Source of the DNA: an uncultured Acidobacteriota bacterium
GTDB lineage: Bacteria; Acidobacteriota; Vicinamibacteria; Vicinamibacterales; UBA2999
Direction of reading: 5' to 3'
DNA: 64,000 bases
Assembly (NCBI GenBank): GCA_963784065.1
Contig: CAWAQA010000008.1
Location: 127,618 to 191,617, forward strand
The position numbers and the translations under genes were made by a program. Of this stretch, positions 1 through 13,082 are shown one piece after another (within the stretch, counting starts at the first letter, position 1; every line of letters begins with the position of its first letter). A model generated the notes under the pieces. That model made no database searches, had not been told where the DNA came from, and saw nothing but the letters and a program-made list of their open reading frames with translations.

Positions 1-1500
1 CGAGGTCGCCTCGTCGAGAATCAGGATCGGCGAATCCCGCAGGATGGCGCGCGCAATGGCCAGCCGCTGGCGCTGTCCGCCCGAGAGCCGCTGGCCGCGC
101 TCGCCGATCATCGTGTCGTACCCGCGGTCGAGCCGCGTGATGAACTCGTGCGCGTGCGCCGCCCGCGCCGCGGCCTCGATCTCCGCGCGGCCCGCCCCGG
201 GACGGCCGTACGCGATGTTGGCGCCGATGCGTGTCGTCGAACAGCACCGTTTCCTGCGTCACGATGCCGATCTGCGCGCGCAGCGACGCCAGCGTCACGT
301 CCCGCACGTCGTGGCCGTCGATCAGGATGGCGCCGCCGGTCACGTCGTAGAACCGCGGAATCAGGTTGACGAGCGTGGTCTTGCCGGCGCCGCTGCGGCC
401 GACGATCGCGAGCGTCTGGCCGGCGCCGACCGCGAAGCTGACGCCGCGGAGGGTGGCGGCTTCTGCTCCGCCGTACGCGAAATGCACGTCCCGGAACTCG
501 ATGGCGCCGGCAAACGCCGGCAGCGCCGCGGCGCCGGCGCGCTCCTTCACCTCGCTGTGCGTGTCGAGCATCTCGAAGATGCGCTCCGCCGCGGCCATCG
601 CCTGCTGAAGGTCGGAGTTGACCCGGCTCAGCTTCTTCGCCGGCCCGTACATCATGAACAGCGCCGCAATGAACGCCGTGAACTCCCCCGTCGTCAGCCG
701 GCCGGAGGTGATCTCCTGGCTGCCGTACCACAGCGCCGCCACGAATGCCACGCCGCCGATGAACTCCATCAGCGGCGGCAGCACCGACAGCGACGCCCGT
801 CACCTTCATGTTCGTGCGGTAGAAGTGATGCGAGCTCTGCTCGAACTTCGCCGTTTCGCGCGCCTCGGCTCCGAACGCCTTGACGATGCGGTGGCCGGTG
901 AACGCCTCCGCGCTGAGGTGCGACATCTGCTCGAGCGCTTCCTGGCTGCGCCGGGTCGTCCGCCGCACGCGCTGGCCGAGGCGAACGAGCGGATAGACGA
1001 CGAGCGGGGCGCCGGTCAGGCACACCATCGCCAGCCGCGCATCGTAGTAGAAGAGGAGCGCCGCGAAGCCCAGCAGCGCCAGCGACTCGCGCGTCAGGTC
1101 GCCTATCGTTTCGGACACCGCGCGCTGCACCTGGCCGACGTCGTTGGTGATGCGCGACATCAGCCGTCCGCTGGTCTGCCGCGAGAAGAACGCCGCCGAC
1201 TGGCCGAGGATGTGACGGAACAGCACGTTGCGCACGTCGCGCACCACGCGCTGGCCGACGTCGGTCATCAGGTAGCCGGACAGGTACGAGCCCGCGCCCT
1301 TGACGAGGTAAACGCCGAGGATGGCCATCGTGATCGGCAGCAGGTTCTGCCGGTTCGGCAGCACCTCGTCGAAGATCGGCTGGATGAGCGACGGCGAGCG
1401 CGGCCGAGGCGGCGCCGTACAGCACCATGGCGGCCAACGCTGCGGCCAGCCGCGCGCGATGCGGGCGCGCGTATTCGAGCAGTCGGCGAAAGGCGTTCAC
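1..1500 (-). CDS. MsbA-like ABC exporter (permease + ATPase), runs off the window start, frameshifted
   Basis: TM domain with '[11 protein letters not shown]'; on the minus strand Walker A GRSGAGKT, signature LSGGQRQR and ILILDEATS. The GTG start overlaps the upstream stop (GTGA 1497-1500). Confidence 0.85.
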
Positions 1501-2208
1501 TCGCTGAACCGGTACCTCAGCAGCACCCATAGCGCGACCACGCCGTCGCGCCAGCCGATCTTCTTGCCCTCGTCGTACCCGCGCCCATCGTACGTGATGG
1601 GCACCTCGTAGACACGGTAGCCACGCTTGAAGATCTTGGCGGTCAGCTCGGGCTCGATGCCGAATCCGTCGGAATGCAGCGTCATCGAGCGCAGGACCTC
1701 GGTCCGCATCACCTTGTAGCAGGTCTCCATGTCCGTCAGCATCGTGTTGTAGAGGATGTTGGTCAGGAGCGTCAGGACGCGGTTGCCCACGTAGTGCGTG
1801 AACAGGAACACGCGGTGGCGGCCGAGGAAGCGCGACCCGTAGACGACGTCGGCCCGGCCCTCGCAGATGAGCTCGATGAGCTCGGGAAACTCCTCCGGCG
1901 AGTATTCGAGGTCCGCGTCCTGGATGACCACGAGGTCGCCCGTGACCGCCTCGAAGCCGCGGCGGAGCGCCGCGCCCTTCCCCATGTTGCGCGGCTGCAG
2001 CAGCAGCGTGAACCCGAACTCGGTCGCTGCAGCCTGGTCAGAATCTCGCGCGTGCCGTCCGTCGAGCAGTCGTCAACGACGATGAGCTGCGTGCGCAGCG
2101 GCACTGCAGCACGCGCCGGATGATCTCCTCGATCGTGTCCTTCTCGTTGAACGCCGGCATCACGACCGACAGCAGCGGATCGGCCAGCACGCCGCGGAGG
2201 CGCGACAT
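1497..2208 (-). CDS. GT2 glycosyltransferase (DPM1/polyprenol-phosphate glycosyltransferase-like), frameshifted
   Basis: LSVVMPAFNE...VVDDCSTDGT...GKGAA...QDADLEY...DMETCYK...EVPITY motifs across frames. Confidence 0.9.
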
Positions 2209-3200
2209 CAGCGCGCGGGCCCGGCGAAGCCGCCGGGATGCGTGGAATGCCATCGCCAGGCGTCTGCGACGATCGTGTCGAGCGCAGGCCGTGCCGGCAC
2301 CCAGCCCAGCTCCTCGCGAATCCGTTCGGCGGAGGCATACAGCACGGCCGGATCGCCCGGCCGGCGCGGCGCCGATCGCCACAGGACCGGCCTGCCGGTG
2401 ACGCGCTCGACGGCGGCGATGACGTCGCGCACCGACGACGGCTGCTCCGTCCCCACGTTGTAGGTCGCCGACGCGCCACCCTGTTCGAGCCGCGCCAGCG
2501 CGCGGACGTGCGCGTCGGCGAGATCGGTCACGTGGATGTAGTCGCGCAGGCACGTGCCATCAGGCGTCGGATAGTCCTCGCCGAAGATGTCGAATCGGCG
2601 TGCCCGCGGACACCGCCTCGAACGCACGCGGAATGACGTGCACCTCCGGGGAATGATCCTCGCCGAGCTCGCCGTCGGGGTCGGCGCCGGCAGCGTTGAA
2701 GTAGCGGAGGCGGATCGACCGGATGCCGTAAGCCCGCTCGAAGTGCGGCAGCGCGTGCTCGATGGCGAGCTTCGTCTGTCCGTAGGCGTTGATCGGGGCG
2801 GTCGGGTGCGTTTCGCGCAACGGGGTCTCCACCGGCTCCCCGTATACGGCGCACGTGGACGAGAACACGAAGTGCCGGCAGCCTTCCGCCGCCATCGCCT
2901 CGAGCGTCCCCAGTGTTCCCGTCACGTTGTTGCGGTAGTAGCCGGCGGGATCGCGCACCGATTCGGCCACCGCCAGCCACGCTGCGAAGTGCATGACCGC
3001 GGTCGCGCCGCTCTCCCGGATGGCTCGCCGCACGGCGTCGACGTCGCCGATGTCGCCCTCGATGAGCGGCGCACCGAGCGCCGCCTCGCGGTGGCCGGCC
3101 GACAGGTTGTCGTAGATGACGACCCGATGCCCGGCCTGCCGAAGCGCCTTGGCCGTGTGGCTGCCGATGTAGCCGGCGCCGCCGGTGACGAGGACGGTCG
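2208..3200 (-). CDS. galE: UDP-glucose 4-epimerase (start approximate), frameshifted
   Basis: VLVTGGAGYIGSH, HFAA, FSSTCAVYG, YGQTK, LRYFNAAGA, TPDGTCLRDYIHV. Confidence 0.92.
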
Positions 3201-3206
3201 TCGCGG

Positions 3207-4506
3207 CTAGTGTCGGCCAATGGAGTAGTAGGTGAACCCATTCTGTTTCATCTGTTCCGGCGTGAACAGATTGCGGCCGTCGAAGACGACGGGCGAGCGC
3301 ATCAGCTTGCGCATGCGGGCGAAGTCGGGACGGCGGAACTCGTTCCATTCCGTGACGATCGCCAGGCAGTCGGCGCCCTTCAGCGCGTCGTAGTTCTTCG
3401 TCGCGAACGTCACCTTCGTCGCCGAAGATCCCCTTGGCGACCTTCGTCGCCTCGGGGTCGTAGGCCTGGACGATGGCCCCTGCCGACAGCAGCGCCTCGA
3501 TGAGCGGAATCGACGGCGCCTCGCGCATGTCGTCGGTCCTCGGCTTGAACGCGAGTCCCCACACGGCGACGGTCTTACCCTTCAGCCCGCCGAAATGCGT
3601 CTTCATCTTGGTGAAGAGCCGTGTCTTCTGGAACTTGTTGACCTCCTCGACCGCCTGCAGCACCCGGAAGTCGTATTTCTGCTCGGAGGCGAAGTGGATC
3701 ATCGCCTTCACGTCCTTCGGAAAGCAGCTGCCGCCGTACCCCACGCCGGGAAACAGGAAGGACGTCCCGATCCGCCGATCCGCGCCGATCGCGCGGCGCA
3801 CCTGGTCGATGTCGGCGCCGACCAGCTCGCACACGTTCGCGACCTCGTTCATGAAGGAGATGCGCGTGGCGAGCATCGCGTTGGCCGCGTACTTGGTCAG
3901 CTCGGCGCTGGCGCAGTCCATCACCATGATCGGCGCGCCGGTGCGCGTGAACGGCGCGTAGAGCTCCAGCATCAGCTCGGTCGCACGCGGATCCTCGGCG
4001 CCGATGACCACGCGGTCCGGCTTCATGAAGTCCTCGATGGCGGCGCCCTGCTTGAGAAATTCCGGGTTGCTGACGACGCTGAACGGGTGCGTCGTCTCAC
4101 GGCGGATCACCTCGCGAACCTTGGCGGCGGTGCCGACAGGGACCGTGCTCTTGTCGACGATGACTTTGTAGCCGTTCATGGCGGCCGCAATGTCCCGCGC
4201 GACCCCGAGGACGTGCTGAAGATCGGCCGAACCGTCTTCTCCCTGGGGCGTCCCGACGGCGATGAAAATGATGGCGGAGTCGCGAACGGCCTTGGTCAGC
4301 GTCGTCGTGAAGGCGAGGCGGTTCTCCTGACGATTGCGCCTGACCAGCTCCTCGAGCCCGGGCTCGTAAATCGGCATCTTGCCCCGGGTGAGCGTGCGGA
4401 TCTTCGCCGCATCCTTGTCAACGCAGATAACGTCGTTGCCACTCTCCGCAAAGCACGCGCCGGCCACCAGCCCCACGTATCCTGTCCCGATAACGGCGAT
4501 CTTCAT
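3207..4506 (-). CDS. ugd: UDP-glucose 6-dehydrogenase, frameshift near 3420
   Basis: [51 protein letters not shown]. Confidence 0.95.
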
Positions 4507-4556
4507 TCGTGTCTCGTGGTCCCTCCCGGACCGCTGACGCTATCATAACGGCTCAC

Positions 4557-5703
4557 ATGCGCATCCTCGTCGATTACCGGCCCGCCCTCCGGGAGCGCAC
4601 CGGCGTCGGCGAGTACATCCACCAGCTCGTTCGCGCGTACGCCGCCGGCGGGCAGGACGAGGTGGCGGTCCTGACGAGCTCCTGGAAGGACCGCCCGGCC
4701 CCCGGCCTCGCCGCGGAACTGAACGCCCAGGTCATCGATCGCCGGGTTCCGGTGCGCGTGCTGAACTACGCCTGGCACCGGCTCGAATGGCCGCCGGTGG
4801 AAGCACTTGCGGGCGGTGTCGACGTCGTCCATGCGGCGCATCCGCTGCTCATCCCCGCGCGCAGCGCGGCGCAGGTCATCACCATTCACGACCTCTTTTT
4901 CCTCTCAGCGCCGGAACGCACGCGTGCGCGAAATACGGCGTGATTACGTGCCCCTCGCCGCCCTCCATGCACGCCGGGCGGACGCGGTGATCACGTCCAC
5001 CGAGCACGGGAAGCGCCTCGTTGCCGAGCGCCTCGCCGTGCCCCCCGACAGGATTTACGTGTGCTCGCCCGGGGCCCCGGCCTGGGACCAGCTGGGACGC
5101 GAGCCGAAGGTACCCGCCGGCCAGGACATCCTCTTCCTGGGTACGCTGGAGCCGCGCAAGAACATCGGCGCGCTCCTGGACGCGTACGAGACGCTGCTCC
5201 AGCGTTATCCCGGCGCGCCTCGCCTCGTCATCGCCGGGCGCGCCACCGAGGATGCCGGAGGGTGGCTGCAGCGGATGGCCAGGACGCCGCTGGCCGGCCG
5301 GGTGACGCACCTCGGCTACGTCTCGCAGGAGCAGCGCGAGCAGCTCTACGCGGCGGCACGCATGCTGGTCCTGCCCTCGCTCGACGAGGGGTTCGGTCTA
5401 CCGGCGCTCGAAGCCATGTCCGCAGGGATCCCGGTGGTCGTGTCGAATCGCGGGTCCCTGCCCGAGGTCGTCGGCAGCGCAGGCACGTTCGTCGAGCCCG
5501 CGGACGTTGCCGGCCTGGCCGCCGCGATGGAGCGCCTGGCGACCGATGACACGCTGGCGTTCGAGCAGGCGCGCGCGGGCCTGGCGCGGGCGCGTGAGTT
5601 CACGTGGCCACGCGCCGCCGCGGCGCTGCGGCAGGCGTATGTGGACGCGATCGCGCGACGGCGGGAGCGCGACGGAAGAACCGCGCCGAGGCGCGCACGA
5701 TGA
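4557..5703 (+). CDS. GT4 glycosyltransferase, frameshift near 4925
   Basis: TGVGEY, TIHDL, GTLEPRKN, EGFGLPALEAM. Confidence 0.9.
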
Positions 5704-6728
5704 AGATCGCTATCGATGCCCGGGAGCTGCAGGGCAAGCCCACGGGCGTCGGCCGATACGTCTCGGAGCTCCTCGCGGCGTGGAAGTCGATACCGGCGGC
5801 CTCGGCGCACGAGTTCATCCTGTTGCGGCCCGGCAGCGACCGCGGGGGAACACGGTGGGAGCAGCTGGCGCTGCCCGGGCTGGTGCGGCGCGCCGGTGCC
5901 GGCGTGCTGTTCGCGCCGGCGTACACCGGGCCGCTGCGCTGTCCGGTGCCGATGGTCGTCGCGATCCACGACGTGTCGTTTGCCGCGCATCCCGAGTGGT
6001 TTTCGTGGCGCGAAGGGCTGCGGCGCCGCGTGCTGACGAGGATGTCCGCACGCCGCGCGGCGCGCGTGCTGACGATCTCGGAATTCTCGAAGCGCGAAAT
6101 CATCCGCCACTTCGGCGTCGACGCCTCGAAGGTTGCGGTGACGTATCCCGGGGTCACCTCGATGGCAGACGTGCCACCCTCGGATCGAGAGGCGGTGGTG
6201 CTGTATGTCGGCTCCGTATTCAACCGTCGCCACGTGCCCGAGCTCATCGATGGATTCGCACGCCTGGCGCGGCGCCAGCCTGCGGTTCGTCTCGAGATCG
6301 TCGGCGACAACCGGACGATGCCACGGCTCGATCTCGACGGCCTCGTACGCGCGTCGGGAGTCGCCGATCGGATCCGGATCCGGTCGTACGTGGCTGACGA
6401 GGAACTACGACAGCTGTATCGACAAGCGCGTGCGTTTGCGTTCCTCTCCGACTATGAGGGCTTCGGGCTCACGCCTGTCGAGGCGCTGTCCGCGCGCATT
6501 CCCATTGTCGTGCTCGACACACCGATCGCGAGGGAGATCTACGGCGGCGCGGCGATCCACGTGCCGCGCCCCGATCCTGGCCTGATCGAGTCCGCGCTCG
6601 AACGCGCGCTCTTCGACCAGGCCGAGCGGTCCCGCGTGCTCGACGCGTCCGCGGCGGTGCTCGCCCGCTACTCCTGGGAGGAGTGCGCGCATCGGACGCT
6701 CCAGATCCTGCTCGCCTGCGCCCGCTGA
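5700..6728 (+). CDS. GT4 glycosyltransferase
   Basis: MKIAIDAR...TGVGRY, IHDV, YEGFGLTPVEA; ATGA overlap with the previous gene. Confidence 0.92.
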   Translation: MKIAIDARELQGKPTGVGRYVSELLAAWKSIPAASAHEFILLRPGSDRGGTRWEQLALPGLVRRAGAGVLFAPAYTGPLRCPVPMVVAIHDVSFAAHPEWFSWREGLRRRVLTRMSARRAARVLTISEFSKREIIRHFGVDASKVAVTYPGVTSMADVPPSDREAVVLYVGSVFNRRHVPELIDGFARLARRQPAVRLEIVGDNRTMPRLDLDGLVRASGVADRIRIRSYVADEELRQLYRQARAFAFLSDYEGFGLTPVEALSARIPIVVLDTPIAREIYGGAAIHVPRPDPGLIESALERALFDQAERSRVLDASAAVLARYSWEECAHRTLQILLACAR

Positions 6729-6730
6729 CC

Positions 6731-7556
6731 ATGCCGAGGCTATCGATCGTCATCGTGACCTACAACTCGCGGGCGGACGTCGAGGCCTGTCTTCATTCGC
6801 TCACGCGAGATCGTCCCCGTATCGACCACGAGATCGTCGTCGTGGACAACGCATCGTCGGACGGAACGGCTGAAGCCGTGCGCGCGCGCTGGCCGGCGGT
6901 GCGGGTCCTCGACGCCGGCGGCAACGTCGGGTTCGCCGCCGGGAACAACATCGGCATCCGCCAGACGTTCGGCGAGCTGGTGCTGTTGTTGAACCCCGAC
7001 ACGATCGTGCCGCCGGGCGCGATCGACAGTCTGGTCCGCGTGCTCGACCGGGATCCGGGTGCAGCCGCGGCGGGACCGCGTCTCGTGGACGCCGAGGGGC
7101 GCGCGGAGCTGTCATTCGGCCGCATGATTTCGCCGCTCGCCGAGTTCAGACAGAAGCTTCTCGTCACCGGGCACGACCGCCGCGTTCCCGGCATCTCGCA
7201 CTACGTGGAACGGACGACGCGACGCGCGCGTCCCGTGGATTGGGTCAGCGGCGCCTGTCTGCTCGTGCGACGGGTGGACGCGGAGTCGGTGGGCCTGCTG
7301 GACGAGCGCTATTTCATGTACGCGGAGGATGTCGACTTCTGCGCGGCACTGCGGCGCCCGCGGCCGTCGCGTGCTGTTCACGCCGGACGCGGAAATCACT
7401 CATCTTCGGGGGCGGTCCGCCGCCACCGCTCGCAGCGTCACCGACCAGGCCTATCGGCGGAGTCAACTGGCGTTCTATGCCAGGCACCATCCGCGCTGGG
7501 TGCCGTTCTTGCGAGGGTATCTGCGACTGCGAGGACGGCTGCCCCCAGGGTCGTAA
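6731..7556 (+). CDS. GT2 glycosyltransferase (WbbL/rhamnosyltransferase-like), frameshift near 7355
   Basis: SIVIVTYNS, VVDNASSDGT, NVGFAAGNN, LLNPD, WVSGACLL, DERYFMYAEDVD. Confidence 0.9.
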
Positions 7557-7566
7557 CGATGAGTGG

Positions 7567-7749
7567 CGCCGGTGCAATCTCTCACGCCTGTCGGTGCCGT
7601 CCCGCTGACGCGTGTCGGTGCCGTCCCGCTCACCATTGTCGGTACAATGCGCTGACACTTGCCGGTGCAAGCTTCTGCCGGTCGTCGGTGCACGCACCAA
7701 CAGCGTCGTGGGTGGCACTGACCATGCGCAGCTGATTGCACCGACAGCG
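7567..7749. repeat. Degenerate 22-24 bp tandem repeat (core YGYCGGTRC), 6 direct copies plus 1 inverted
   Basis: Units at about 7567, 7589, 7613, 7637, 7660 and 7683; 7589 and 7613 share TGTCGGTGCCGTCCCGCT; inverted TTGCACCGACA near 7736-7746. Confidence 0.7.
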
Positions 7750-7778
7750 AAGGGCCGGCCTCCCCATATAATCCATAA

Positions 7779-8897
7779 GTGCGTGTCGCCATTGATGCCC
7801 GGAAGCTTCATGATTTCGGCATCGGAACCTACATCCGCAATCTGCTCCGGCACCTGGCGCGGATCGATCAGCTGAACGAATACGTCCTGCTCTGTCAGGA
7901 ACCCGACCTCGGGGTCGCGGCTCAGCTCGGGCCGAACTTCCGCACCGTGCTCGAGTCGTCGCCGAACTACTCCCTGCGCGAGCAGATCCATATCCCGTGG
8001 CTGTTGCGGCGCGTCCGGCCCGACGTCTTCCACGCACCGCACTACGTGCTGCCGCCGGCGGTCCGCTGCCGGTCGGTCGTGACGATCCACGACTGCATCC
8101 ACCTGATGTTTCCGCAGTACCTGCCGAACCGCGCCGCCTACGCCTACGCGAAGGCGTCGATGTGGAACGCCGCCAAGCGATCGGACCGGGTGCTCACCGT
8201 GTCGGAAGCCTCGAAGCGCGACATCCTGCACTTCTTCAGCGTCCGGCCCGAGAAGGTGGTCGTCGTCTACAACGCGATTGACGAACGGTTCTGGATCGCG
8301 CCGAAGGAAGAGGACATGGCGCGCGTCCGCGAACGCTACCAGCTCGATCACGGCTTCGTGCTGTACGTCGGCAACATCAAGCCGCACAAGAATCTCGTGC
8401 GTTTGATCGAGGCGTTCGACGAGCTGCGCAAGGAAGGGGGCTTCGACGAACTGAAGCTGCTGATCATCGGCGACGAGATCTCGCGGCTCCCGGCGTTGCG
8501 GCGCGCGGTCCACAGCCACAAGCTGCACAAGCAGGTGCGCTTCCTCGGCTACCTGCCGGACGAGACGCTGGCGATCCTGTACCGGCTGGCGGCGGTCTTC
8601 GTGTTTCCGTCCCTCTACGAAGGGTTCGGCCTGCCGCCGCTCGAGGCGATGGCGAGCGGCACACCGGTGGTGACGTCGAACGTCTCGTCGCTCCCGGAGG
8701 TGGCCGGCGACGCAGCCGTCCTGGTCGATCCGTACGACTCGCACGCGATCGCGGACGGCATCCGGCGCGTCCTGACCGATCCGGCGCTGGCGCAGGACCT
8801 GCGGTTGAAGGGCCTGGTGCGGGCGCGCGAGTTCTCGTGGGAACGCTCGGTGGCGCGCACGTGCGAGCTCTACAAAGAAGTCGGCGAACGGCAGTGA
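7779..8897 (+). CDS. GT4 glycosyltransferase
   Basis: [39 protein letters not shown] 6 nt before the GTG. Confidence 0.95.
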   Translation: MRVAIDARKLHDFGIGTYIRNLLRHLARIDQLNEYVLLCQEPDLGVAAQLGPNFRTVLESSPNYSLREQIHIPWLLRRVRPDVFHAPHYVLPPAVRCRSVVTIHDCIHLMFPQYLPNRAAYAYAKASMWNAAKRSDRVLTVSEASKRDILHFFSVRPEKVVVVYNAIDERFWIAPKEEDMARVRERYQLDHGFVLYVGNIKPHKNLVRLIEAFDELRKEGGFDELKLLIIGDEISRLPALRRAVHSHKLHKQVRFLGYLPDETLAILYRLAAVFVFPSLYEGFGLPPLEAMASGTPVVTSNVSSLPEVAGDAAVLVDPYDSHAIADGIRRVLTDPALAQDLRLKGLVRAREFSWERSVARTCELYKEVGERQ

Positions 8898-10009
8898 GAG
8901 TCGCCCTGGTGCACGACTGGCTCACGGGCATGCGCGGCGGCGAGAAGGTGCTCGACGCGCTCTGCGAGCTGCATCCGGACGCCGACATCTTCACGCTGCT
9001 GCACGACCGCGGGTCCGTGTCGCCGTCGATCGAGCGCCATCGCATCGAAACGTCGTTCGTGCAGCGGCTCCCCTTCGCGCGAACGAAGTACCGCAGCTAT
9101 CTCCCGCTGTTTCCGATGGCCGTGGAGCAGTTCGACCTCGATCCGTACGATCTGGTCATCAGCTCCAGCCACTGCGTGGCCAAGTCGGCCGTCGCGCCGG
9201 GGCGGGCGCGCCACCTCTGCTACTGCTTTTCGCCGATGCGGTACGCGTGGGACCAGTTCGACGCCTACTTCGGACCGGCGCGGGTCGGCGCGGTTGAAGA
9301 GCCGCTGGTTCTACCGTCCGGCGCTGGCGCGGCTCGCGCGCTGGGACGCCGCCACCTCGGCGCGCCCCGATCGCTTTGCGGCCATCTCGCGCCACGTTGC
9401 GGGTCGGATCCGCCGATACTATAATCGCGAGGCGTCGATCGTGTATCCGCCCGCCGACACGGTCTTCTATCACCCCGACGCGGTTTCACCCGGCAGCCAT
9501 TTCCTCATCGTGTCGGCGTTGGTGCCGTACAAGCGGGTGGACCTCGCGATCGCCGCATGCGCACGGGCGGGCGCCCGGCTGCGCATCGTCGGCACCGGGC
9601 CCGAGCGCGCCCGCCTCGAGCGCGAAGCGGGGAGCAGAGGTGGAATTCCTCGGAGGACTCACCGACGAGGAGATTCGCGACGAGTATCGGCGTGCACGTG
9701 CCGTGATCCTGCCCGGCGAGGAGGACTTCGGGATCGTCCCGGTCGAGGCGCAGGCCTGCGGCCGGCCCGTCGTGGCGCTCGGCGCGCGGGGGCGCCCTGG
9801 AGACGGTCATCGACGGCGAGACCGGCGTGCTGTTCGACGAGACCAGCGTGGACGCGCTGGCGGCCGCGCTCGATCGCGTGACACGCCTCTCCTTCGACGC
9901 GGCCCGCATCCGGCGGCACGCCGAGCAGTTTTCGCGGGATCGCCACCTGCAGCAGATGCGGGCGCTCATCGACGAGACGATGCGCGCACCCGCCGGGAGC
10001 CGATGGTAA
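8894..10009 (+). CDS. GT4 glycosyltransferase (WbaZ-like), multiple frameshifts
   Basis: VALVHDWLTGMRGGEKV, SSSHCVAK, PMRYAWD, LVPYKRVD, EEDFGIVPVEAQACG. Confidence 0.88.
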
Positions 10010-11445
10010 GACGCTACAACCGCCTGCTCGTCGCCTTCTACGTGATGACGGACGCCATGCTGGCCATGTGGGCGTTCATCCTCGCGTATGGCATCCGCTT
10101 CGAGAGCGGGCTCATCCCGGTGACGCGCGGCTATCCGCCCATCGAGAACTACATCAACATGCTGCCGTTCGTGGCGCTGTTGACGCCGCTCGCGTTCCAG
10201 TTGCAGGGGGGCTACCGCCTGCGCCGCGGGCGGTCGCGCGTCGATGACTTCTTCGCGGTGCTGATCGGCAGCATCCTCGCGGTGATGTTCGTCGTGTCCT
10301 CCACGCTCTACGTGCAGACCTACTACGTCTCCGAGGAAGCCAAGGCGGCCGGAGCGTACGAAGTCTCACAGCTCGTCTGGCCGCTGTTTCTGATCCTGAC
10401 CGTCGCATTCAGCTACATGTCGCGCGAGGTCGTGCGCGAGCTGCTCGAGCGCCGCTGGCGCGCCGGCATCGGGCTCAAGCGGATTCTCATCGCCGGCGCC
10501 GGGGATCTCGGCCGCATGGTCGCCGACCGCATCCTGCAGCACCGGGAGCTCGGCTACCAGGTGATCGGCTTCGTCGACGACCGCGCCGGCGGGGATCACA
10601 TCGGCTACCGCGGCCTGCCGCTGCTCGGGACGCTCGAGGAGGCGGGGGACATCGCCCAGCGCGAGCGCATCGATCATCTCTACGTCGCGCTGCCGATTGA
10701 TGAGCACGCCAAGCTGCTCGACCTGATGGAGGTCGCGAGCCGCGAGTGCATCGACGTCAAGGTCGTCCCCGACCTGCTCCAGTTCATCGCCCTGCGCGCC
10801 AGGCTCGAGGACCTCGACGGTCTCCCGATCATCAACGTCAACGACGTCCCGCTCCAGGGCTTCAACTCCTGGCTGAAGCGCGGCATCGACGTGGTGCTCT
10901 CTGCCGCGGCGCTGCTCGCGCTCGCCCTGCCGCTGGCGTTCATCGCCGCCCTGGTGAAATGGACGTCGCGCGGACCGGTCTTCTACGAGCAGGAGCGGAT
11001 GGGGCTCGACGGCAAGGCGTTCAGCGTCTACAAGTTCCGTTCGATGTTCCGGGACGCGGAAGAGACGACCGGACCGATCTGGGCGCGCGAGAACGATCCG
11101 CGGATCACGCCGCTCGGCCGCTGGCTGCGCCGGTTCGATCTCGACGAGCTGCCGCAGTTCTGGAACGTCCTCAAGGGCGACATGTCCATCGTCGGCCCGC
11201 GGCCGGAGCGGCCGTTCTTCGTCGAGCAGTTCAAGCACCGCATCCCGCAGTACATGCTGCGCCACAAGGTGAAGGCCGGCATCACCGGCTGGGCGCAGGT
11301 GAACGGCTGGCGCGGCAACACCTCGCTCGAAAAGCGCATCGAGTACGACCTGTATTACATCGAGAACTGGTCGGTCACCCTCGACCTCAAGATCATGTGG
11401 CTGACGCTGTTTCGCGGCCTGTTCCAACGCGACGTCGCCTACTAG
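10003..11445 (+). CDS. Undecaprenyl-phosphate glucose phosphotransferase (WcaJ-like priming glycosyltransferase)
   Basis: N-terminal TM helices, Rossmann-like GAGDLG, KFRSM, DELPQFWNVLKGDMSIVGPRPE, GITGWAQV, DLYYIENWS. Confidence 0.93.
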   Translation: MVRRYNRLLVAFYVMTDAMLAMWAFILAYGIRFESGLIPVTRGYPPIENYINMLPFVALLTPLAFQLQGGYRLRRGRSRVDDFFAVLIGSILAVMFVVSSTLYVQTYYVSEEAKAAGAYEVSQLVWPLFLILTVAFSYMSREVVRELLERRWRAGIGLKRILIAGAGDLGRMVADRILQHRELGYQVIGFVDDRAGGDHIGYRGLPLLGTLEEAGDIAQRERIDHLYVALPIDEHAKLLDLMEVASRECIDVKVVPDLLQFIALRARLEDLDGLPIINVNDVPLQGFNSWLKRGIDVVLSAAALLALALPLAFIAALVKWTSRGPVFYEQERMGLDGKAFSVYKFRSMFRDAEETTGPIWARENDPRITPLGRWLRRFDLDELPQFWNVLKGDMSIVGPRPERPFFVEQFKHRIPQYMLRHKVKAGITGWAQVNGWRGNTSLEKRIEYDLYYIENWSVTLDLKIMWLTLFRGLFQRDVAY

Positions 11446-11545
11446 TCCGACTGCGTCTGATTGTCCATGCGACACCGATCCGGCTCATCGCCGCAATCAG
11501 GCCGCGTCGAGTTGTAGATGACGCGCAAACCAGACCGACCTTCCT

Positions 11546-12473
<928 letters not shown>

Positions 12474-12491
12474 TCGATTGCCCGCCGTCGA

Positions 12492-13058
12492 TCATCCCTC
12501 GGCCGCAGGCTCGTTGATCAGCCGGCGGAGCTTGATGAAGTAGTCGGCGCTCGAGATCACGGTGAGCCCCAGCGAGAGCCACACGAAGACATCCACCACA
12601 ATCGACGTCTCGCGCCGCCAGTTGAAGACCATGACCACGACGCTGGTCACGATGAAGGTCGCCGTCGCCAGCTTCCCCCAGATCGACGGACGGAACGTGC
12701 GCGGGCCGATCGCGAGGTTCACGATCGCCACCACGCCGACGATGACGATGTCGCGGCTGATCACGAGCACCGTCAGCCACAGCGGGAGATGGTTGGTGAG
12801 CGGGATGTCCGGGAGCGTGAGCACGATGAACGTGGTGACGAGCAGCAGCTTGTCGGCCATCGGGTCGAGCCACGCGCCGAGGCTCGTGCGCTGCCCGGTC
12901 CAGCGCGCGATCAGGCCGTCGAGCGCGTCGGTCAGCCCCGCCACCACGAACGTCACCAGCGCGGCGCCGAGGTAGTCGTAGACGACGAACAACACGAACG
13001 CCGGCGTCAGGACGATCCGCAGGATCGTGAGCTGGTTCGCAAGCGTCAGGTAACGCAC
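12492..13058 (-). CDS. CDP-alcohol phosphatidyltransferase (PgsA-like)
   Basis: [17 protein letters not shown]...G..LDPMADK signature. Confidence 0.92.
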   Translation of the reverse strand: MRYLTLANQLTILRIVLTPAFVLFVVYDYLGAALVTFVVAGLTDALDGLIARWTGQRTSLGAWLDPMADKLLLVTTFIVLTLPDIPLTNHLPLWLTVLVISRDIVIVGVVAIVNLAIGPRTFRPSIWGKLATATFIVTSVVVMVFNWRRETSIVVDVFVWLSLGLTVISSADYFIKLRRLINEPAAEG

Positions 13059-13082
13059 GGCACGAAAGATCGCGCTGGACGA

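Noticed and set aside
2560..4506. Ugd-GalE fusion (648-aa ORF)
   Set aside because: The true Ugd C-terminus lies in another frame (3207-3413); the read-through results from an indel near 3420.
7567..7749. CRISPR array
   Set aside because: Units are contiguous 22-24-mers with no 30-40-nt unique spacers, and there are no cas genes in the window.
9376..11445. GT4-WcaJ fusion (689-aa ORF)
   Set aside because: The GT4 ends at 10009 in another frame and the WcaJ-like gene has its own ATG at 10003.
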